Below are positions 27,866 to 36,573 of a DNA stretch of 64,000 nt, in pieces. A program made the position numbers and the translations under genes. Position 1 is the first letter of the stretch. Each line of letters starts with the position of its first letter. The DNA is from a virus. Lineage: Duplodnaviria; Caudoviricetes. The notes beneath the pieces were generated by a model. That model was not told where the DNA came from. It saw only the letters and a program-made list of their open reading frames with translations, and ran no database searches. The DNA lies in the IMG/VR virus record IMGVR_UViG_3300020577_002562, positions 1-64,000 of that record; one strand, written 5' to 3'.

Positions 27866-28288
27866 ATGAAGAAGACCTACAATCCGTACCGTAACTTGCT
27901 GGCTAAGGTGCGGTATCTACTCCATACCGACGCGAAGATGACTGAAGCCCAATTGACTGACCACCAGTGGATGCTTATGGCGAAAGTGGCGGGGTCTCAA
28001 GTGCTTGTCGGTAAGGGTGGGGTGAACACCATGTTCTATCAATTCGGGGACCGCAAGCGCAAAGTGTGCGGCCCTATGGAACTGGTAGAGTTGTTGAAGA
28101 GGTTGAGCAGGCGTCGGTACGTTGCTTACCGAGTGAATGATACCTTAGCTTGGAGTGAGAAGACTGCTTTAGCAGCCGATCCTAAGCCAAAGACAAAGAT
28201 CATCGGCATTCGCGCCGATGGTAAGGAAGTAGTCGTGTATACTGCCACAAAGACGTTGCAGGGGTATCAATGGGCAAAGGTCGAGTGA
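27866..28288 (+). CDS. Hypothetical basic protein
   Basis: Within the modification cluster. Confidence 0.7.
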   Translation: MKKTYNPYRNLLAKVRYLLHTDAKMTEAQLTDHQWMLMAKVAGSQVLVGKGGVNTMFYQFGDRKRKVCGPMELVELLKRLSRRRYVAYRVNDTLAWSEKTALAADPKPKTKIIGIRADGKEVVVYTATKTLQGYQWAKVE

Positions 28289-29160
28289 TTCCCCGAGAAG
28301 CTTTCAAGCAACACGAGAAACTAGCTAAGGCGTTGCATTCTAGATTGCTTGAACTTGTCGCTCCGTTGCCTAAACGAGTTGCTGTGTTGTTGTCTTCAGG
28401 GGTAGATAGTCATGCAGTGCTGTTCGCTTGTTTGGAAGCCAAGAAACAGGTAGCCACGTACACGTTTGGTGTGCGCGGAGTATCATCTAAGGATGTTCGT
28501 GTGGCCGCTCGTACAGCGGACGAATTGAAACTACCTTGGACGTTCATTGAGCTTAATCCGTCGGTAGAAGAATTGCGCTCTTACCTTAGGCTTTTGTACT
28601 CCGACAGTGTGGGCGCCAAGATCCACATTAACAAGAGTTCAGTGGAATGCCTGTGGCCTATGCTTAGAACTCTACCTCATGTTGATGAGAAGTGTGTGGT
28701 TGTTGGTATGGGCGGAGATGTGCCTTACGCCACGACTAGATCCACAAAGAAGCAGGCACTACACTCTTTTGAAGAGCATCTTAAAGCCCGACAAGAATAC
28801 GCAAGAACCGCATCGCGTCGCAAAGATCCGCAGTCAGTTTGTACAGACAACTGGATTGCGGCAAATCGTCGAGGCATGAGAGTAGTGCAGCCGTTAGCAG
28901 ACCCGAGATTTCTAGAACTGCATCGGAGTATGCACCCTATACACGAGGGGTGGAATCCGATACAGAAAGCCCCTTTGCGTCTTGCCTTCTACGATTGGTT
29001 TGCACGATGCCCAGCGTTGATTCATCAGTCCTACAATGCAGGAGACACAGGAATCAGTGATGCCTTCGAGAAGTTGCTGACCCAGTCTTTTGAAGGCAAA
29101 AAATTCAAGTCGGTGCGGGGGCTGTACTCCGCTATAGAGCGAGGAGAAGTCAAACCATGA
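28270..29160 (+). CDS. Asparagine-synthetase-like ATP-dependent amide ligase (synthetase domain only)
   Basis: PP-loop VAVLLSSGVDS, TYTFG, VVVGMGGD, QK.PLR; no N-terminal Cys glutaminase domain. Confidence 0.8.
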   Translation: MGKGRVIPREAFKQHEKLAKALHSRLLELVAPLPKRVAVLLSSGVDSHAVLFACLEAKKQVATYTFGVRGVSSKDVRVAARTADELKLPWTFIELNPSVEELRSYLRLLYSDSVGAKIHINKSSVECLWPMLRTLPHVDEKCVVVGMGGDVPYATTRSTKKQALHSFEEHLKARQEYARTASRRKDPQSVCTDNWIAANRRGMRVVQPLADPRFLELHRSMHPIHEGWNPIQKAPLRLAFYDWFARCPALIHQSYNAGDTGISDAFEKLLTQSFEGKKFKSVRGLYSAIERGEVKP

Positions 29161-29178
29161 AGTGAGAAACTGCGCACA

Positions 29179-29187
29179 CTAATTTCA
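29179..29187 (+). promoter_or_regulatory. Candidate late promoter motif [CG]TAATTT[CG]A
   Basis: Also at 40651, 43576 and 55933, each upstream of a virion, lysis or peptide gene. Confidence 0.5.
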
Positions 29188-29242
29188 GACCAGCAGTACC
29201 GGACAGGTCCTGCACTTCCGCAACAACACTCCTGGAGTTGAC

Positions 29243-29365
<123 letters not shown>

Positions 29366-29388
29366 GCCAGCCACCATTGGCTGATCTG

Positions 29389-29426
29389 AAACAGGCACAG
29401 AAGGCTTTGGCTTTCTGTGCCTGTTT
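29389..29426 (+). terminator. Intrinsic terminator
   Basis: AAACAGGCACAGAAGGC-TTTG-GCTTTCTGTGCCTGTTT. Confidence 0.8.
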
Positions 29427-29530
29427 GCATTTCTGACTCTATACGGTAGTCTTTGGTTGGATTCCCGTGACGACTGGATTCGACTGAGACTGTAAAGTAT
29501 GAGCATCGCAATTTTGGCTGTTCCACAACA

Positions 29531-29872
29531 ATGACTGTTTCTATCAATCGTAGGTTCGATTCGATGGCACACTACGGCAATAGTATGGGAGCCACGTATC
29601 ACGTTCCGTACTGTCAAGATTGGAGTTGGCTGGACTCCTTAATGTGCGACAGTTTCGACTACGCCTTGCTGAATCCGAAACGATTGAGTCTGATGGACTT
29701 TCTATTGGAGTGGGAGAGTCAGCTTCTAGATTTGATAGAACAACGCCATCCACACTCCACGGCTCAGGTTCGTGTAATGGAGCCTAACTGGTTAGAGGCA
29801 ACTATCCAACTGCGTAGCGGTATGAAGGGTTCAATCAAAGCCGGAGCGTACTTGAAATGCCTAAACAAATGA
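29531..29872 (+). CDS. Hypothetical protein
   Basis: Follows the ACTGTAAAGTA motif. Confidence 0.55.
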   Translation: MTVSINRRFDSMAHYGNSMGATYHVPYCQDWSWLDSLMCDSFDYALLNPKRLSLMDFLLEWESQLLDLIEQRHPHSTAQVRVMEPNWLEATIQLRSGMKGSIKAGAYLKCLNK

Positions 29873-30294
29873 CTGCCGAACAGATCCTGACGGCGTGCCC
29901 ACCACGAGTTGCAGTTGGCGCAAAGACAGTGATCATCAAAGATGCGAAGCCCTCTGTCACCAAAGACAAGAGACAGCGTATCGTCTGCAAGATCATCTCG
30001 ACAAATACCCTTGACGGCAACCGCAAACCACCACCTCCAGTCAAGACGCACACGTCAACAGTTGAAGCCCTGGTGCCAGATAAGTACATACGCGACCGCG
30101 ATGTGCCTGTGCGCGTGTCATGTACTTGCGATGATTTCTGGGCCACTTGGGAGGTTGCCTTGTTCAAGCGTGGCGCTGCTAAGATCCAGTTCTCGAACGG
30201 TGAACTGCCAGTAGAAAAGAACCCTCGGATGATCCCTGGGTGCTGTAAGCATCTGTACAAGATGCTGCAACAGATTAGAGGTCGACGTATCTGA
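29857..30294 (+). CDS. SWIM-type Zn-finger protein
   Basis: VSCTCDDF...NP..IPGCCKHL. Confidence 0.8.
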   Translation: MPKQMTAEQILTACPPRVAVGAKTVIIKDAKPSVTKDKRQRIVCKIISTNTLDGNRKPPPPVKTHTSTVEALVPDKYIRDRDVPVRVSCTCDDFWATWEVALFKRGAAKIQFSNGELPVEKNPRMIPGCCKHLYKMLQQIRGRRI

Positions 30295-31283
30295 TGTCAA
30301 GCGATGTCATCAACAAGCTGAAGAGCATAAAGGAAGTTCTGGAGGACAACTACAGCACCGAGCAACTCTTTGATGTGCTCGATGCTTTGTTGTATGCTGG
30401 GACTTTCTACATGCTCTGGTGCTCCTCGTATTTAGAGCACCAACTGATGCTGATCAATAGCTGGTACACTACGTCCCAGCGACGCAAGATCTCACGACTG
30501 CCTAAGGACAAGTTCGCCGCAGCCGTTGTATGCTTGCGAGTCAGCACAGCAGCTTCCTCTGATGACAAGCTTTCTGTAGTGCGGAATCTAGGACTAGAGC
30601 GAAACTTGCTGATCTACCACATGGACCAATGGTTGAAGCAGGTAGAAAAGATTTCCCAGTGTCAGCATCGTGATCAACAGCAATTCATGATGGATGAGCT
30701 TAGGGTAGACAACCCTGAGAGGCTATGGCTAGCCGCACGTTCTGTAAAGTATTTCTTGAACGAAGCGCTTCAATTTCGGGAGCATATCAGCCAGAAGTAC
30801 ATGCGGCTGGTGGTGAACGAGGTGGCAGCGCACGCCAAACGCCAACACGATCTGACGGGGTCCAGACAAGATCCAAGTGACATCGCGCAGAACTTTATGC
30901 TGGCAGTGTACAAGGCGATTGACAAGTGCGATCCACTTAAGGGCACGTTGACATCGTATGTGCTACAGTGGATCGGCAACGCTAAGACCTCGGTTCAATT
31001 CAGAGATGAAACTGGTACCGCATACTTGCTGCCGTCGGCCAAGCGAGGCGAAGTAGTCAACTTCACGGTAGACACTGATGCTGAGGTACTAAACAACGTT
31101 GCCACTGACGAACTCAGTCACGAAAGTAACTTGGAGAGAAAGCAACGACTAGAAGAAGTACGAAAGATCGCACGACAAGCAGACCCTAAGGGATACGGTC
31201 GTCTGCTTCTTGGTATCACCGAACTCTTATCCGAGTCAGAGGTTCGGTTGTTGAAGATGAACTCGGTAAGCGCAAAAAGGTAA
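30294..31283 (+). CDS. Divergent sigma70-region-2-like phage sigma factor
   Basis: MRLVV..A.....DIAQNFMLAVYKAIDKCDP.KGTLTSYVLQWI. Confidence 0.7.
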   Translation: MSSDVINKLKSIKEVLEDNYSTEQLFDVLDALLYAGTFYMLWCSSYLEHQLMLINSWYTTSQRRKISRLPKDKFAAAVVCLRVSTAASSDDKLSVVRNLGLERNLLIYHMDQWLKQVEKISQCQHRDQQQFMMDELRVDNPERLWLAARSVKYFLNEALQFREHISQKYMRLVVNEVAAHAKRQHDLTGSRQDPSDIAQNFMLAVYKAIDKCDPLKGTLTSYVLQWIGNAKTSVQFRDETGTAYLLPSAKRGEVVNFTVDTDAEVLNNVATDELSHESNLERKQRLEEVRKIARQADPKGYGRLLLGITELLSESEVRLLKMNSVSAKR

Positions 31284-31289
31284 CCACAC

Positions 31290-32678
31290 ATGGCACGCGA
31301 GTTTAGCCGCACACGAGGTCGTAGTTTCAGTGAGATCAAACCGTCCATGGGCGGTCGTTCCAATTACAAGTGGACGGAGCATGTAGACGCTCTAGACTGG
31401 GGTAACGGTGATTACCGTACAGTTCGCCTGGTAGGTGGAGTGTATGAACATGGACAGCACTCCATCACCATTGAATACTCCAAGAAGGGCAGCAAGAAGA
31501 CAAACATCATTCCGATCACCAAAACTTGCTTGGCTTGGGATCCTGAAGCAGGTGCTCGTGTCACAGACAAGAAGTGTCCATACTGCAAGTTGAAGAACCA
31601 ACAGTTCAAGGTCGTGTGTACGTCGAATGTCATCGACCGGGAAGCGCAAGAGAACGCGCCCAAGAAAGCCAAACCGTATACCAAGAAGGAGATCAAGCTC
31701 GGTTTCAAGCTGGTGGATGAAGACTCTTGGTCACCGATTCGAGTTATCAAAGCGCCTTCCACGCTGGTCAAACGAATCAAGAAGGTCGGTGAACGAAACA
31801 TCACCAAAGTCAAAGGGAAGAAGGTCAAGTTTGATCTGGCGCACCCCAAGTACGGATGCGACATTGAAGTCAAGTTTGACAAGGACGAATCTCCGTCCGA
31901 TATGTACGATGCTGTCAAGTCGGACGAGGGCAAGGTGCCGCTGACTGAGGAAGAGCGCGGTCTGCTGCTGTTTGATCTAAGCAAGCTGTTTCCGGCGGAA
32001 GATCTGGCTACTGCCAAGAAGGAAGCGGAGCAACTCGCCAAGAAAGCTCCTAAGTCGGACGAGGATGACTCTGAGGATGATGGTGACTATGACGATGACG
32101 ATGAGGAGGAAGAGAAACCCAAGAAGGGGAAGAAGAGCAAGTCCAAGAAGCGCAAGTCCGATGATGACGATGAAGACGACTCTGACATCGATGAGGACGA
32201 TGACTCGGATGAGGACGATGACTCGGATGATGACGATGACGATGACGATGAGGAAGAAGAGAAGCCCAAGAAGGGGAAGAAGAGCAAGTCCAAGAAGGAC
32301 GATGATGAGGATGACGATGACGACGAGGATGATGACGACTCCGATGATGAGGATGATGACGACTCGGATGACTCCGATGATGAGGATGAAGAGGTAGATG
32401 ACGATGACGACGAAGACGCTGAGGAGTCCTCTAAGTCCAAGAAGTCCAAGAAGTCCTCGAAGTCCAAGAAGCCAGCCAAGTCCACGAAATCTGCGAAGTC
32501 CAAGAAGTCCTCGAAGTCCGACGACGAGGACGAAGAAGACTTAGACGATCTGGATGATCTGGACGACGAAGATTCTGATGACGATGAGGAAGAAGAGAAG
32601 CCCAAGAAGGGTAAGAAGTCCAGTGGCAAGAAACGTAAGGCCAAAGACGAAGATGACGACGAGGATGATGACGAGTAA
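31290..32678 (+). CDS. gp32-like ssDNA-binding protein with a very long charged tail
   Basis: VRLVG, CLAWD...CPYC, YGCDIEVK...Y; adjacent to RecA; ~200-aa D/E/K/S tail. Confidence 0.65.
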   Translation: MAREFSRTRGRSFSEIKPSMGGRSNYKWTEHVDALDWGNGDYRTVRLVGGVYEHGQHSITIEYSKKGSKKTNIIPITKTCLAWDPEAGARVTDKKCPYCKLKNQQFKVVCTSNVIDREAQENAPKKAKPYTKKEIKLGFKLVDEDSWSPIRVIKAPSTLVKRIKKVGERNITKVKGKKVKFDLAHPKYGCDIEVKFDKDESPSDMYDAVKSDEGKVPLTEEERGLLLFDLSKLFPAEDLATAKKEAEQLAKKAPKSDEDDSEDDGDYDDDDEEEEKPKKGKKSKSKKRKSDDDDEDDSDIDEDDDSDEDDDSDDDDDDDDEEEEKPKKGKKSKSKKDDDEDDDDDEDDDDSDDEDDDDSDDSDDEDEEVDDDDDEDAEESSKSKKSKKSSKSKKPAKSTKSAKSKKSSKSDDEDEEDLDDLDDLDDEDSDDDEEEEKPKKGKKSSGKKRKAKDEDDDEDDDE

Positions 32679-32717
32679 GTGAACGTCCGAGTCACGTAGC
32701 TCGTTGTTGCATCGAAC

Positions 32718-32741
32718 AAGGGGCGCTCTAGAGCGCCCCTT
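32718..32741. terminator. Perfect 24-bp palindrome, terminator-like
   Basis: AAGGGGCGCTCT|AGAGCGCCCCTT. Confidence 0.6.
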
Positions 32742-32757
32742 CTCACTGGAGAAGTCA

Positions 32758-34110
32758 ATGGCAAGAAAGTCTCAGCAAGAAAAGCCTGCGTTTACCATCG
32801 ACTACGGAGAATTGGTGTCCTCCGTAGAGAAGAAGTTTGGAGTGAACACCGGAACGATGGACGCAAAAGCGCAGCGTGCAAGTGCTGTGTCCACTACTCT
32901 ACTCGGTACTGATTTGATGCTCGGCGGAGGTCTTCTACCAGGCGCATGGTATACCGTACTCGGCGGAGAGCAATCTGCCAAGTCCACACACTGCATGCAC
33001 ATGGCGCAAGGCGCTGCGCGGGCTGGCATTCCGATCATCTCTTACGATGACTTTGAGGGATCACTAGATCCGGTCTACTGGGAAGCGATGATCTTGTCTG
33101 CCGTGAAGGGTCTTCGGTTCCATGAAGTCTTCGGTGTGCAAGACGAAGATGGAAACTACGTCATCAAGCCCAAGATCAGGAAGCGTGAGCCCGACAACGC
33201 AGAGCAGTTCTTCGATCCGATAGCTAGCCTACTGCGCAAGCTGCCGTACAAGCGATTCATCAAGGGTCGTTGGTTCTACGCATTCAAGAACACCAAAGAG
33301 AACCGCAAGTACGTTGGTGACAACTATAGCAAGGTCTTATACTCCAAGTACAATATGTTCTTTGTAGAAGCGCACGACGGTTTGCCACAAGCGGTGTTCT
33401 TCACTGACTCATACCCTGCCATGTTCCCAGAACGTTTGGATGAGGACGACGCAGGCTCCGGCATGGCTGCCATTGCCCGCATGTTCGCCGAGAACGTACC
33501 GAAGGTGCTCGGCAAGCTGAAGCCGAAGGGAGCCACCATTGTTGGCGTAAACCAACTGCGGCTGCGCCCTGGCTTCAACATGGGGGATCCATCGTATGAG
33601 CCGGGCGGCGAAACAATCAAGTTTGCTTCGTCAGTGCGCATCCGGCAAACGGGACGCAGCGTACCGCATGGTAAAGGGCCAATTGAAGTGGAAGACTCGA
33701 TTGGTGAGGGAGAAGATCGCTATCGCTACGTTCACATGAAGACCATCAAGAACAAGCGCGGCACTCCGTATCTTGAAGCATGGCAACGTGTCTGGGTCTC
33801 GGATACCAGCGGCCAAGCGCATGGCTTTGATCCCGTGTGGGACACATTCTCTTTCTTGCGTCAGACCGGACAAGTGACTGGCGGTATGAACAAGATGAAG
33901 GTGCCACTGTTGAGCACTAAGCGTTCATACTCTTGGGATGAGTTCAAGAGACTGATCTTGACTGAGAAAGCAGACCGACCCAAGATGCTGAAGAAGCTTG
34001 GAATGCGAGAAGACCCAAAGCTGCGCGACACTTGCTTCAAGCAGATTCGTACAGGTGAAGCCATGAAGATGATGTTCGACACTATCAGTAAGCACTCGAA
34101 GGAAGAGTAG
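32758..34110 (+). CDS. recA: RecA/UvsX recombinase
   Basis: VSTTLLGTDLMLGGG, GGEQSAKST, DFEGSLD, FTDS, VNQLR, EPGG.TIKFASSVR, KNK. Confidence 0.9.
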   Translation: MARKSQQEKPAFTIDYGELVSSVEKKFGVNTGTMDAKAQRASAVSTTLLGTDLMLGGGLLPGAWYTVLGGEQSAKSTHCMHMAQGAARAGIPIISYDDFEGSLDPVYWEAMILSAVKGLRFHEVFGVQDEDGNYVIKPKIRKREPDNAEQFFDPIASLLRKLPYKRFIKGRWFYAFKNTKENRKYVGDNYSKVLYSKYNMFFVEAHDGLPQAVFFTDSYPAMFPERLDEDDAGSGMAAIARMFAENVPKVLGKLKPKGATIVGVNQLRLRPGFNMGDPSYEPGGETIKFASSVRIRQTGRSVPHGKGPIEVEDSIGEGEDRYRYVHMKTIKNKRGTPYLEAWQRVWVSDTSGQAHGFDPVWDTFSFLRQTGQVTGGMNKMKVPLLSTKRSYSWDEFKRLILTEKADRPKMLKKLGMREDPKLRDTCFKQIRTGEAMKMMFDTISKHSKEE

Positions 34111-35138
34111 TGTCAGAACTACATGGAGTGGCTATAGGGGATCTGCATCTGGACAAGATGCGCAAGCATTTCCCTGACCGGCATCTTGAGCTACAGTACA
34201 GCGCCGTATCGCGTGCATTGACACATGCATATAGGAATGGCGCGAGTCATGCCATCTTTCTGGGCGACATTGGTGAAGGCGGTAAGGACTTCACGAACAA
34301 CTTGGTGCTCAGTGCTGGGGCTCAAGATCTATTGTTGACCATCATACATGACTGGGGACCGAAGATCAATCTGGTATTCTACGCGGGCAATCATGACTTC
34401 ACAGACCTCAGCAGTCAGACGTTGACCACGTTCGCAAGGCTGTCCCGGTTGTCTTACATACCGGCAGAGTTTCACTTGACGCCCGCAGTCATCAGCCACA
34501 AGAAGCTGCGGATAAACATCTTACCGTACCCAGCACAAAAGCCACCGGACTCCAATCTGAGCTTCGCTCACTATGAAGTGGCAGGTGCGGTAACAGACTC
34601 CGGTCGCTTGTGTGAAGAGGCTCGTAAGCATAACTATGGGGGAGTGCCGTTCATTCAAGGTCATCTACACACGCCGCAGAAGATCCGCAACCACCATTAT
34701 CCGGGCACATTGTACCAGACCGCGTTCGGCGAGCGGTTGCCTAAGGGCTTTGCTGAGTTCAAGTGGGACGGCAACAAGCTGAGATACAAGTGGATCGAAC
34801 AAGATCCACCGTTCACGCTGCACAATCTTCGAGTCAACAGCCGCAAGGATCTGAAGACCATCAAAGATGACCCGCTGCACCTGTACAAGCTGTTCGTGAA
34901 CGAAACCGTCAAGCTTAAGGACTCAGATCTTGATCGTCCGAACATCGTCAATCGACTGAACTTTGGTACTGAACAGGAAGCCGATGCATTGGAAGCCGCA
35001 GAGTTCGCACTTGAAGAGCAGACGCTAGACTTGGGGTATGACAAGATCTTGGAAGACCTGCTAGCTAATGAGGGGTTGTCTCCCAAACTGGTGCGCATGT
35101 GTAAAGTAGAGTTGGACAAATTCAAGAGCAAGAGCTAA
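34110..35138 (+). CDS. Mre11/SbcD metallophosphoesterase nuclease
   Basis: GDLH, LGD, GNHD, GHLH, YPGT. Confidence 0.9.
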   Translation: MSELHGVAIGDLHLDKMRKHFPDRHLELQYSAVSRALTHAYRNGASHAIFLGDIGEGGKDFTNNLVLSAGAQDLLLTIIHDWGPKINLVFYAGNHDFTDLSSQTLTTFARLSRLSYIPAEFHLTPAVISHKKLRINILPYPAQKPPDSNLSFAHYEVAGAVTDSGRLCEEARKHNYGGVPFIQGHLHTPQKIRNHHYPGTLYQTAFGERLPKGFAEFKWDGNKLRYKWIEQDPPFTLHNLRVNSRKDLKTIKDDPLHLYKLFVNETVKLKDSDLDRPNIVNRLNFGTEQEADALEAAEFALEEQTLDLGYDKILEDLLANEGLSPKLVRMCKVELDKFKSKS

Positions 35139-35140
35139 GC

Positions 35141-36229
35141 ATGACCAAGTTTGCAGTAGCCTCAAATCCGTGGACACTCAAGTACCGACCGCGACGATTC
35201 AAAGACGTAGTGGGGCAAGACAACGCCGTAGCCATTCTACAGGGCATGTTGAAACGGCAAGAGATACCGAATGCTCTGCTGCTAGCCGGTCCGTATGGAT
35301 CAGGCAAGACGACACTAGCACGTATACTGGCTCGGTACGTGAATTGTGAAGAAGGGACTGCGTGCGGAAAGTGCAAGTCGTGCAAGCTGCCAACTCACCC
35401 CGATGTGTCTGAACTGGATGCCGCCGAGCAACGAGGTATCGACGAGATACGCAACCTGCTGCGACGATCCCGAGTCAAGCCAATGCACAGCATCCGTTTC
35501 TTCATTCTGGATGAGGTGCAGCAACTGACTTCGCAAGCCAGCGGTGCGTTGCTCAAGAGCTTGGAAGAGCCTGGCCCTACAACGTGCTATGTGCTGTGTA
35601 CGAATGAGCCGCACAAGGTGCCGGACACGGTGCTCAGTCGATGCCAGCGGATCATGCTGAACTTGCCAACTCGCAAGGACATCGCTACACGGTTGTCACA
35701 GATTGCCGAACGCGAATCCGTCAAGATCAAACAAGAGGTCCTAGACGCCATTGCAGAGTCTTCCGGTGGACACATGCGAGATGCTGTTAGTCTCCTGCAG
35801 TCAACGGTGCAACTCATGTCTAGCGGAGAGACAAACCCGAGCAAGCTGATAGCTAGTGTTGGACAATCCACGTCCGCATCCTCCGTGGCAATCGCCACTA
35901 AGGTGTTGGTGTGCCTCTACAAGAAGTCCTACGCGAAGGCGGCCGCAGCATTGCTGGACTTTACCACGAACGGCGAGGCGGCTATCCCGTTCGTCAACAT
36001 GATGCTGTACATGAACGAGTACGCTCTGGCCAAGAAAGTAGGAGCAGAGTCCTCTGTGTGGCACACACCGAATAATCGCAAGTTCTGGGAGACAGCTTCC
36101 AAGTTCGTGGACAACTCAGAACAGGTGTTGACCACAAGCCGTGTCTTGCTTGAGATGCGAAGTCGTCTACAGTATTCAGGTGCGCCGGATCGAAGCGTGT
36201 TGCTGGGGTTGCTCACATGGAAGAGCTAG
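35141..36229 (+). CDS. dnaX: Clamp loader, DNA pol III gamma/tau-like
   Basis: KYRPRRFKDVVGQ, GPYGSGKTT, CGKCKSC, ILDEV, LLKSLEEP, SRC, GHMRDA. Confidence 0.92.
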   Translation: MTKFAVASNPWTLKYRPRRFKDVVGQDNAVAILQGMLKRQEIPNALLLAGPYGSGKTTLARILARYVNCEEGTACGKCKSCKLPTHPDVSELDAAEQRGIDEIRNLLRRSRVKPMHSIRFFILDEVQQLTSQASGALLKSLEEPGPTTCYVLCTNEPHKVPDTVLSRCQRIMLNLPTRKDIATRLSQIAERESVKIKQEVLDAIAESSGGHMRDAVSLLQSTVQLMSSGETNPSKLIASVGQSTSASSVAIATKVLVCLYKKSYAKAAAALLDFTTNGEAAIPFVNMMLYMNEYALAKKVGAESSVWHTPNNRKFWETASKFVDNSEQVLTTSRVLLEMRSRLQYSGAPDRSVLLGLLTWKS

Positions 36230-36573
36230 TCTATACATTCGTTGCCACAGCCTACGGAACTATGTTTTTGGGCAAGGCGGCTACTACCACTCTTCAGATT
36301 GATGCTGAGACAGGGATGCGTGAGTTTAGCCACGGCGGAACTCTCATACTGATCCAGCCAATGGTCTACCGAGTAGTGGACATGCCAGGTAACATTGGGT
36401 TCCCTGTGCTGTTCACTATGCCAATGTGGAAGAGCCCAGCACAACTCCAGCCGCTTGTGTTTGCTCCGGAGGACGTGTTGGTCTTGGATCAAGAAGTACC
36501 TGTTGGCATCATAGCCGCTCACATCCAATCTATTGGTGTACCGGTAGCCGTTGAGCCAGGAGAGCAGCATTGA
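36217..36573 (+). CDS. Hypothetical protein
   Basis: Packed run. Confidence 0.6.
   Translation: MEELVYTFVATAYGTMFLGKAATTTLQIDAETGMREFSHGGTLILIQPMVYRVVDMPGNIGFPVLFTMPMWKSPAQLQPLVFAPEDVLVLDQEVPVGIIAAHIQSIGVPVAVEPGEQH

Noticed and set aside
32087-32764. Poly-Ser ORF on the minus strand
   Set aside because: Antisense shadow of the Asp/Glu codons in the SSB tail.
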